In this document: positions 31,632-40,800 of the stretch, in pieces
Numbering within the stretch: the stretch's first letter is position 1
Layout of the letters: every line of letters starts with the position of its first letter
Position numbers and translations under genes: made by a program
The notes under the pieces: model-generated
Seen by the model: only the letters and a program-made list of their open reading frames with translations
Told to the model about the DNA's origin: nothing
Database searches by the model: none
From: a virus
DNA: 41,344 nt
IMG/VR virus record: IMGVR_UViG_3300022538_000145
Coordinates: 1 to 41,344 of that record
Direction: 5' to 3' (one strand)

Positions 31632-32057
31632 TCATTCCCGATATTTTTTGCTGTGCCTCTTACCCACACCACTTGTTTCTTTGTGGATACTCGCACATTT
31701 GGTGCAGAAGTATTCGCCCGGGCCGGGAACCCGAACTTCCCCAGGAGCCGGTTTATTTTCGGGCGGCGGAGTCGGCTCTTTCTTGAGCTGCCCTTCAGGG
31801 TCAGGGTTTACTTCAGGCTTGGTTTCACTACCAATGATAGGTGCGGCTTCCATTCTGGCCAGTTCCTCAGCCGGCGGCGGTGGTAATTCCCTGGCACCCA
31901 CAACTAGGCCATGCCCACACTGACGGCAAAAGTCAGTCCAGATGAGTTTCCCATTGGTATCTTTGCCCTTCTCGGTGGCCTTTGGTGTCGCCTCTCTGAG
32001 GTCAAAATTACAGGCTGGGCATTTATCTACAGGCCATGCTAATTTTAGCTCTTCCAT
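31632..32057 (-). CDS. Zinc-ribbon protein with a Pro-rich linker, located in the structural block.
   Basis: I set the start to ATG 32057 (MEELKLAWPVDKCPACNF) with an AAGGAGAG SD. Further Cys pairs are CRQC and FCTKC. The track ORF extends to 32186 in the same frame. Confidence 0.5.
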   Translation of the reverse strand: MEELKLAWPVDKCPACNFDLREATPKATEKGKDTNGKLIWTDFCRQCGHGLVVGARELPPPPAEELARMEAAPIIGSETKPEVNPDPEGQLKKEPTPPPENKPAPGEVRVPGPGEYFCTKCASIHKETSGVGKRHSKKYRE

Positions 32058-32125
32058 TAAACTCTCCTTGTTAATAGGGGGGGGGAGCGAATCCCCCTCC
32101 CCAGAATACTTATGAGCCATCCCCC

Positions 32126-32935
32126 TTACGGATGAGCTATTTGTAGGAATAAGAACGGAGCAGCCTGAGTTCCCCCAGCTCCCCAACTTACTGTGTAACC
32201 GACAATCTGGTCAGAGATATTCAGGTCAACAGTGTCCGGGTGTTGGACAGAACCATCGTGCCTAGAAACTGCCTGATGATAACCAGCAGTGCCAAGAGTT
32301 GACTGCGGAGCTACCCAACTAAGTCCCCAAGTCTGAACCCAGAGGTATTGACTCCCTGCGGTATAACAAGTCGGAATACCGAGCTTAGTCATCCAAGCAG
32401 CGGTAGAGTCAAACACATCTCTCCAGGGGTTTGCCGATGCTTCTGCGTTATCGGATGTAGTTAAGGCTGCCGGGATAGGAGCATCAAGTTCAACTGTCGT
32501 AGTGCCGCCGCCGGCAGCGACAGCAGTATTGGAAACAATGCCCCTTGTAAAGTATGTGTTGCCATCTGCTGTGAACACTACCACCTGACCACCCTTCAGG
32601 TAGTCTTTAGCTACTACACCACCGGCAGCAATGCCATCGCTACTTCCTACTGTCAGGACTATTGAAGTGGCGTAAATGGCAGCATCGGCACCTATACTCT
32701 GATAGCTAACTTCCTGCTTATAGGTCTTACAAACGAGCTTCGAGCCAGTGCAAGCACCAGAAGCATAGGCATAGTAGAACGCTTTGCCGTTCATGGTATA
32801 AGCACAACCGATGTCATACTGCTGAGCGGCATCCGGTTTGCTCAAATCAGGAATAGCGGTGTTAGGGTAGGTAGGACTTGGTGGTAGCCATATCGTCCCA
32901 CCATTTTCGAGTTGAATATTTTGCTGTATGTTCAT
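32126..32935 (-). CDS. Virion protein immediately downstream of the major capsid gene; possibly a decoration or auxiliary capsid protein.
   Basis: 269 aa with a strong GGGAGGAAGG SD. The call rests on position only. Confidence 0.4.
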   Translation of the reverse strand: MNIQQNIQLENGGTIWLPPSPTYPNTAIPDLSKPDAAQQYDIGCAYTMNGKAFYYAYASGACTGSKLVCKTYKQEVSYQSIGADAAIYATSIVLTVGSSDGIAAGGVVAKDYLKGGQVVVFTADGNTYFTRGIVSNTAVAAGGGTTTVELDAPIPAALTTSDNAEASANPWRDVFDSTAAWMTKLGIPTCYTAGSQYLWVQTWGLSWVAPQSTLGTAGYHQAVSRHDGSVQHPDTVDLNISDQIVGYTVSWGAGGTQAAPFLFLQIAHP

Positions 32936-32950
32936 TAAATCCTTCCTCCC

Positions 32951-34093
32951 TTATCCAGCCGTAGGTGCAGCGTTGGTAATGTCGGTGATTCGACCTAAGC
33001 CCCATTTGCTTCCAACGATGAGGTTGGTGTAGGAAGCAAGGCGCATCGCCCTACCGATATAGCCTTCGAGTTTGTCGAAGTATTCCAGATTGAAGAACTC
33101 TCCGTCTGTCTCGGTCTTACCAAACGCTACTTTGACACCAGGATCAATCTCGCCCAGGGTTGTCATCCCGAGCTTGACTGCGAAGATGGAGTACATTTTG
33201 GTTCCGGAAGTGTAAGGTGCTCTGGCGTCTCCGGAAGTTGTGCCCTGACCTGTGTTGACCTGTTCTGCCACCATAAAGTCGGAACGGATTATGGGCTTGT
33301 TGTCAAACATGAGTGTCCGTCCGCCAGCCTCATTTGTGGCGTAGCCAATCAGACCCAGGGCGCCGGCTGTATCAGCTTTCAGAGCAGCGATACCGAGTTC
33401 CCGGTATACCCGGTCAATCTGACGAGCAAGTGCAAAGGGCATCAGCCAGTAGTCGAAGCCATGCCTCAGTTCGTCGCTGATGATTCGCATATTTTCGAGT
33501 GATAGAGCCCCTTCACCCTCGTCGATATCCCAGGCTTGACCCCATTGGGTAGCTGCCCAAGCGTGAAGACCATCCATTGACAGGCCGGTGCCGTCGTAGG
33601 TGAAGTCGTCATAGATAATCTTCGAGCCGAGCTTCTTGGTCAAATCCCTCATGTTGCCCTCGAGCATCAATCTCTCGTAGTCGTTGACGGTCTGCCAGAT
33701 GGCGTTATCGTATTTATCCAGCTTCGTCATTATGTAGGCTATACGGAGAACTGCTGTCTGAGCATCGAAGGTAGCGCCCTCGCTGAATACTGTCGCTCCG
33801 CCCTGACCGATATCGGCAACGCTATCCTCAAGGTTCGTTGCTTCACGAAGCCATCGGATATATTCGCCGGTGTGGTTGGCCTGGACAAAGCCGATGATAT
33901 CAACGGGGTTGCCACGCTTCGCATTGTCGTCCACGACGCCAGGGATAAGCGTCGGGGTCGTTGCCTTCAGCACTTCAGCCAGGTTATTCCAGTAACCACC
34001 TGACAGAAGGCCCATCGCAAGCAAAATAGGCATAGCAAAGATGAATTGGGTAATGCCCCATGCTTGCCTGCATAAAGTTCTTGCTTTCCGCAT
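32951..34093 (-). CDS. Major capsid protein (HK97-fold-like).
   Basis: It follows the scaffold-like gene. The segments GALSLENMRIISDELRHGFDYWLMPFALARQI and MFDNKPIIRSDFM resemble HK97-family capsid patterns. A GGAGGG SD lies 8 nt upstream of ATG 34093. Confidence 0.7.
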   Translation of the reverse strand: MRKARTLCRQAWGITQFIFAMPILLAMGLLSGGYWNNLAEVLKATTPTLIPGVVDDNAKRGNPVDIIGFVQANHTGEYIRWLREATNLEDSVADIGQGGATVFSEGATFDAQTAVLRIAYIMTKLDKYDNAIWQTVNDYERLMLEGNMRDLTKKLGSKIIYDDFTYDGTGLSMDGLHAWAATQWGQAWDIDEGEGALSLENMRIISDELRHGFDYWLMPFALARQIDRVYRELGIAALKADTAGALGLIGYATNEAGGRTLMFDNKPIIRSDFMVAEQVNTGQGTTSGDARAPYTSGTKMYSIFAVKLGMTTLGEIDPGVKVAFGKTETDGEFFNLEYFDKLEGYIGRAMRLASYTNLIVGSKWGLGRITDITNAAPTAG

Positions 34094-34110
34094 TGGGTAT
34101 TCCCTCCAGT

Positions 34111-34830
34111 TTATTTAGCTCCGGCTTTCGCCTTCGCCTTTTCGAGCATACTCTCTGATACGCTCTTGGAATCTCCCCCAGCAGATTTCGTAGAAGCAGG
34201 TTGTGTGGTCAGGCCCGGTGGTTTACCGGTAACAGGATCAATCTCCGGCGCAGCCTGAGCTTTAAGTAGTGTAGCTGCACTAGCCAGTCGCTTCTCATCG
34301 CCATCTGGAACAAGCTCTTCCAGTTTTGCTTTATCAACGCCTGCGTTCATAGCTGCCACTTGGATATTAAGAGAAGTCGTGGCTTTGGTGAGTGCGTCTT
34401 GCCCAACTTTAAGGGTATCAGCCGTCTTCTTTTGTTCGGCTTCAATGCCTTTCTGCCTTATTTCCTCTCTGGCTTGCGCTTGTTTGACTCTTAGCGATGT
34501 CAGGGCTTCTGGATTGTCCTTGTTTGCCGCAGCTTCAGCTTCGTTTTGGGCTCTGGTAATCTCGGTCATCTGAGTAGTGAGGGTAGTTACATGGTCGGTT
34601 ACCGTCTGGACCTCAGTTTTAAGAAGTTTGTTCTCCGCCTCGGCTGCTTCAGCCCGGGTCTTCTGCTCCCGGCCATCCGCCGAAAGAGCATCCTCCACCA
34701 GCTTTTTAGTTTCTGCTCCTGTATACTGCTTGCCTTCCTCAATGCCTGAAGTTAGCTTTTCAAGAGCAGAAGGTTGGCTCAAGTTTTCGGTCGAGCCTTT
34801 GTCCTGTTCATTTCCAGCTCCGTCCAACAT
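34111..34830 (-). CDS. Scaffolding protein (coiled coil rich in Ala, Glu, Lys and Gln).
   Basis: 239 aa of low-complexity helical sequence, located directly upstream of the capsid gene. The SD is AAGGGGAGG. Confidence 0.55.
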   Translation of the reverse strand: MLDGAGNEQDKGSTENLSQPSALEKLTSGIEEGKQYTGAETKKLVEDALSADGREQKTRAEAAEAENKLLKTEVQTVTDHVTTLTTQMTEITRAQNEAEAAANKDNPEALTSLRVKQAQAREEIRQKGIEAEQKKTADTLKVGQDALTKATTSLNIQVAAMNAGVDKAKLEELVPDGDEKRLASAATLLKAQAAPEIDPVTGKPPGLTTQPASTKSAGGDSKSVSESMLEKAKAKAGAK

Positions 34831-34853
34831 TATGAGTTTCCTCCCCTTGTTAG

Positions 34854-34881
34854 AGTATATACTACCTTAACAATAAGTCAA
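34854..34881 (-). promoter_or_regulatory. Candidate internal sigma70 promoter for the scaffold and capsid genes.
   Basis: The minus strand reads TTGACT (34881-34876), then 16 nt, then TATACT (34859-34854). It lies in the 54-nt gap after the giant gene. Confidence 0.4.
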
Positions 34882-34884
34882 GGC

Positions 34885-37800
34885 TTACTCCCTTAATGCC
34901 TTCAATCGCTCTTCGATTGCACCGCCTCTTTCGGCCCACTCTTCTATAAAGCGCTCATAGGCAGTCAAGTTCTCACGCCTGACCTTCTCAGAGACCGGCG
35001 TGTAGTCGAACTTCAATACCAGCCAGGCGTCGAGTGCCGGGTTAGCCATCCTGAAGTCGTCCTTTGCCTTCAGATGAGGTTGTGCCAGATAGTCCAGATA
35101 AAGGTTGAAGACTTCCCGGCTGGGTACTTTGCTGAAATCCTTTTTCTCATTGCCAAACTGATCCCGGTAGACGTCCCGGTAGAACTCGATATTCTCAATA
35201 AGGAACCAGTCATCGGCATACCACAGGTCAGTACCGGTATCCAGCTTCCAGTTATCCGGCTTGCCCTCACCGATGATTGTATAGTAGCCAACGTAGGCTT
35301 CGATATATTGCTCCGGAACGAACTTGCCATACGCATTTCTCCGGAGCTCGGCCAGGCCGAAGGCGGTATATTTTCCCTCATTATCAAATCGCATGGAGTT
35401 TCTTTCTCGTTCCCTTTCGTCCTCATCAACGATATAGTGCTCAGATTCATTATCGGCAAGGCCCTCAAGTCTATCGAAGTCAGCTTTATTCTCATCGTAG
35501 ATATTGTCGTATTGCACCGCCGGCACGTCTTCAGGCTTGGGTATATCGATGCCGCCAACGTCGTGCATGGCTGTAGCGAATTCAGGATTATCAATCAGGA
35601 AGCGCTCCTGACGCATACCTTTGGCTTCCAGTTCGTTATAGGCGACAAAGTTCTCAATCTGGTCTTCCGGGAATGTCTCACCGGTCAGCTTGTTTTTCAT
35701 CTGATAGGCTTGGCGGCGGCGCCGGTCCATGCGGTATTCCGGATTGGCAGCCAGATAAGCAACTCTGGCCTCGGAGTCATCGCCATCGATAGCGTTGTAC
35801 TCATTGTCCTGAGTACGCCACCGGACGGTTATCCTGAGTGCTGGAACATTCCAAGTACTTCCATCATCGGTCAGTAGGCCACCGTCTAAGGCTTTATCGA
35901 ATACGTCCTGATGGTCCACCATCCATATCTTTGCCTCAGCACTTTGAGGTTCTACAGTGCCTAACAGCCGGCCTCTCTCAGCCCACAAATCGGCTTCCGT
36001 ATCGGTGAAGCCAGCCTTATAAGCCTCGACTTTCTCAAGGTCATCGAAGTATTCGCTATCAGGAAACTCCTTGAGAAACGCTGCCCGGCGCTTGTCCATA
36101 TCATCGATGTAAGTCTCCGGAGAATTCTTATCGCCCAGCTCATTCCAGTATGCATCCTCTTTGACGTTCTTGGACTGCAGCCGTATCGCCGGCTCCACCC
36201 ACTCGTCGTAATGGCCACGCTCTTCCTCAGTGGCCAGGCCGCCCCGGTCCTTCAGCATACTTTCCTCAAGTGCCTTTTCATAGGCTTTCGGGTTCTCAAA
36301 TGCCCATTCCTTTACCAGAGGACTGCCGCCACTATACTCGCTTACCAGTCGGCCACGTTCTACCCACGCCTCTATCTGAACATCATCGAAGCCGGCAGAT
36401 AGCGCCTCAGTCCTCATTTCATCATCGAAGAATTCACTGTCCGGGAATTCTTTATAGAAGGCAGTACGCCGGTCATCCTCATCTTCGATATACTCCGGCG
36501 AGTCCTTATCCAGCAACGTCTTGTAATACTCCCTTTCAGCCCGGTTCTTGACCTTCAGTTCGTAGTATCGCTCCGGCTGAGGGGGTTTATTCAGGGCATC
36601 GGCACCCATCTTCAGTGCCTCATCCTGATACCATTTAAGCAACTCCGGGTCCCGAGCCAGCACTATCATTGCCTCAGCACTCATGGCGCCGAACTCCTGG
36701 ACCGCCGCTTCCCTTTCAAAGTAGTTATCTGCAGACGCTTCAGACGGCAATATCATCGTGGGTAGTCCGTTATCCGGAATGTCAAGGATTTTCTGTAGCG
36801 TCAGGAATTCTTCATAAGCAGCCTTGCTCATTAGTTCAGCCTGTCCCCATATAGCCAACTGTGCGTTTTCGCTCGGGTGACTACGCAGATAATCAAGGCG
36901 AGGATTGATACCAATCTCAGCCTCATGCTTTTCAAGGAACTCGGCCTTCAGATCCTCATCAGTAATAGAGTGATATTCCATAAGCAAAGAGAATTGCTGC
37001 TGAGAGATATTGCCTAGATAGACTTTATTATGTCTCTCGTCAGCATCCCATTCCTTCAGCTTTTCCTCGTCACCGGTGGCTACAAGCGCTTCCCTTTCAC
37101 GCCACATCTGGTAATACTGAGCGAAGGTAGTACCCTTAGCCGCATCAGCGTTTACCTTAAAGAGTTTCTCATTCGGTAAGATACTCTGTCTCTCTTTGAT
37201 AGCCCGGGCCTCAGCGATTGCCCGGATATATTCCGGGAAGCCCTTAGTTGCTGTCTTAGTTGCCGGGTCAACGCCCTTGAACTGCGATGCCGTATCCGCC
37301 CAAAAGTCCTCGGTAGTATAGTATGGTGTGCGTACTCCGTAAGGAAGACTGTCAGTGTACTTCGGCAAGCCCAGCTTAGGAAAGTTATCCACCCAATCGC
37401 CGGTGTAAGTCTGGACGCCGGCGCCAACTATAGCCGGTATAGCTACCTCTAAAGCGGTAACCGGGTCGTCCCTGTACGCTTCGTAGATATCCCAAACAGC
37501 AAACGGAGCTATACGTTCCGCCCACTGTTCCTTATTCTTTACGTCAACCTCTTCACCCACAAAGTTCCTGCCCTTCCAGAAATCAAGCAGTAAAGACATT
37601 AGCGGAGCCGCCTTGCCCCTGAGTAGGTTCTGGATGAGGTCAAGGGGATCGGGCTTATACTCGGCACCAGTCACACTTGAGACGCCTGTGCCGGTAATAG
37701 CCCGGGTAAAGAAGACGAGGAACTGCCGGAAGCCACCCCAGGGGTCCACTCTGGTCTTGCCAATCCTGATTGACATATACTCAGCGCTTCTCGGGTCCCT

Positions 37801-40800
37801 TTCTACTTCCCACCAGCCGGCCATAGCACCCATTAGAACAATTCCGCCAAGCGTACTGACGAATAGCGCAGCGTTCTTCCATGCCTCAGTTCTTACCCGG
37901 GGATTGGCATTTAGCAAGTCAGTTATGGAAAGTATCCTACCTATTGCCATCCGGGGAGCGAAGAACATGGCGCTTAATGCCGGCGCAGCTATCTGGTATT
38001 TACCTAGGGAGCCTCGAGCTGTGAAGTTGGCAAGGCTCTTAGAGAAGGCAATCATTTCTTGCTTTATATCAAAAGCCTGACCCGGCTTCAACGTCTTTTT
38101 ACCGGAAGCGTACTGTGCACTGAGCTTGAGCATAGCCTTATAGTAGTTCTTGAATATCAGCCAGTTATGCTCATTAGTGCCAGTTTCAAAGGCTCTTTGA
38201 GATACCCTGACATGAGGTAACCAAGCCGTAAATCTCGGCAGTATTCGCTCAACACCCTTTGCATAACCGAATTCCTCAGTACCTCGCCACTGCCCGGTTC
38301 CCTTCTGTATAATGAGTGGCCGGAGAAAGTCGCCGCCAGCCTCTTCACATACCTCATAAAACTGGTAAAGCGGATCTTGAGTAATTCTCGACCATGAAGC
38401 CTCAGCCGACTTCTGACTCCATATCGCCTTCCATGCCTCGACGTTGGCCAGGGCAAAGGATATCGGATGGCTGACAATAAGCGGTGCTTGCTGTCTCCAA
38501 AACGAGAAGTCGAATGATGCCTTGTTAGCTCTAAGGAAGTTACCGATATCTACCGGTGCCATCCCCAGTTCTTTAAGAGCCCTGATAACTATATCCGTAG
38601 CAGGAGTCGGCCAGAGTGGGAGTTCCTTAATAGCATTATCAATCGGAACTTCGTACTTTGCCACTGGTGGCAGTGGATAAGCCCTATCCCGGGCCTCCAT
38701 TCTCTTTAGCTGGAACTCGTCGAATGTAATCTTACCCTCGGCTAACTGCTGACTCAGATCTAATTCTGATATAGCAAAGGCCAGATCGCCCTCAGTCCTC
38801 AAATCCTGGACAACCGGTATCTCAAACGCAGGCTCCATCATAGTTCTGTAGCCGAAAGGTATGCCGGATAGTGTTCTCAGGTACTCGGCCATGTCAGCAT
38901 CGATCGGCACATAATCCCGGCCTATCTCATGGAAGACGCCCTCGACTACTTCCTCTATTGTCCGGCCCTCTTTTGAAATCGTATCAAGTGCTTTCATCAC
39001 CTGCGGCTGCTCACCAAAGACGTAGTTCAGTCTATCCCAGGCGGAACCGCCTTCAGGGAATAGAATACTGCCGGGGCCTTTCTTACGAGGTATGGCCCGG
39101 GCATGGCGTATCAGCTTTCCGGCCTCATCTCTCTGAGGTAAAGCGTTGACCAGAGCGGTATAGGTGGCCGCCATTTCAAAGGGATAATCCCTCATCTTTT
39201 CGGCCACCTGTTGAAAAAGTACATTCCGCATCTGGTCGGAAAGGTCATCGAGGTAGTCAGTTTCGACAACTGGCAATTTACCGGAGAGAGTTTCTTTAAT
39301 CGCTTGCTTTATGGCCTCTTCAGCCGGCATACCCTCTTGAATCATAAGTTCCTGGGCCCGGGCCTTCAGATTCTCGGCTTGGCCTGTCTTCGTCTCACGC
39401 CTTAACTCTTCAGTCAGCGCCCAGGCGTCGATCGCTTTGGCTCCCATCACATAATTACCAAAGACCTCTAAGGTTCTAGTACGCTGAGCCGGTGTCAGCA
39501 TCCTTTCACCAGTGGGAGATAGAACGATATCCTTTGGCTTTATCTCAGGTACAGACCTGGATATCTCTGCTGCCGAAACCTTTACAGCCTTTATCTTTCT
39601 CTTTGCCTCACGAATACGCATGACTCGCTCGGCAATCTCATCAGGACTGAGCCCGAATTCTTTGGTCAAATCATCGAGGGCTTCATCTTTTGGAACTTTG
39701 TTATATTCAGGCACTCCCTTCTGAGCGTACTTGGCAAAACTATGGTCAGGATATAACTGCTCAGCCTGCTTAACAGTAAAGTATTCAGGGAAGGTCTGCT
39801 CCCTCAATGAGATAAAGAAATCAAGCCCAACCTTTTTACCGGCAATCTGTATTCTTTTTCGGGCAACCGGGTCAGTCGCCAAGAATTCCCTTAGCCCTGC
39901 AACCTCCGCCTCAGCCTCATAAGCCGCAGCCGCTTGCTCATATTCCTTGAGCTTTAGCTGGTCTTCCATCGATATCTGAGTAATCCTGCCTCTTCCGGGT
40001 GGCCGGACTACTCTCTCTTCGCCAAACATACCACGCTGAACACCAGCTTCGGGCATACCGGGTTCGGCAAATAACGCCCTCTTCTCTGCCAGCTTTCGCT
40101 CCGCTTCGGCAACGGACTGAGCGTAGAAGGTGGTCCCTGTCACCGGGTCGGTGAACTGCATCCCCAAACCTTCCTGAATTCCGTCATACCGAATCCCTAC
40201 TTCTTTGGCTATCTGTGCGCCAGTCTCGGTGATGGGGGCTACTGGCTCAACCTTTAATGCTTGGTATTCCTCCTTTAGTATTCTCGTTTGCTCTTTAATA
40301 TTTAACGGAAAACCAGTACCTTTTAACGACTCTTTATGTGAGGCTAGTCCTGCCTTAACATACTCGGCTTCACTAGCTTTACTTACGTCTATACCATATT
40401 TGATTTGAGCCCTGCCCTCGATAGTTGGTTCGCCTCTTAATGCTGCTATTTTCTGGTCAACTTCAAATATCTCCGCAGAAACATCCTGACCCCTGCGTTC
40501 CCTCACCAGTAGCGCTTTTCGCTTTTTCGCAAGTTCGGCTTCTGACTCTTCAGGAACTAACCTGAGAGAACCTCTCTCGTCCCTGACCACCTTCTTCAGT
40601 TGCTCAAACCAGTTACCCTTTTCGTCCTTCAGCCAGCCCCGGGCTTTCTTCTGGATTTCACTTAGCCCTGATTGCTCAAGAGGACTGACCATACGGACCG
40701 ATACGCCGGCAGCAAGACCCGATGGCAGCAGGGTAGCCACCGCCGTCTTGACCGCTATATCGGGTAGGTTATCTAATATGCTTCTATTCTCATCGTAGAA

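Noticed and set aside
35074-35877. Long antisense ORFs inside minus-strand genes: 35074..35877 (267 aa), and also 12240..12794, 3330..3818, 4665..5081, 25849..26337, 31510..31923 and 37613..38080.
   Set aside because: All lie opposite well-supported, motif-bearing genes. They lack SD sequences and have low-complexity or repeat-shadow compositions. They are most likely shadow ORFs.
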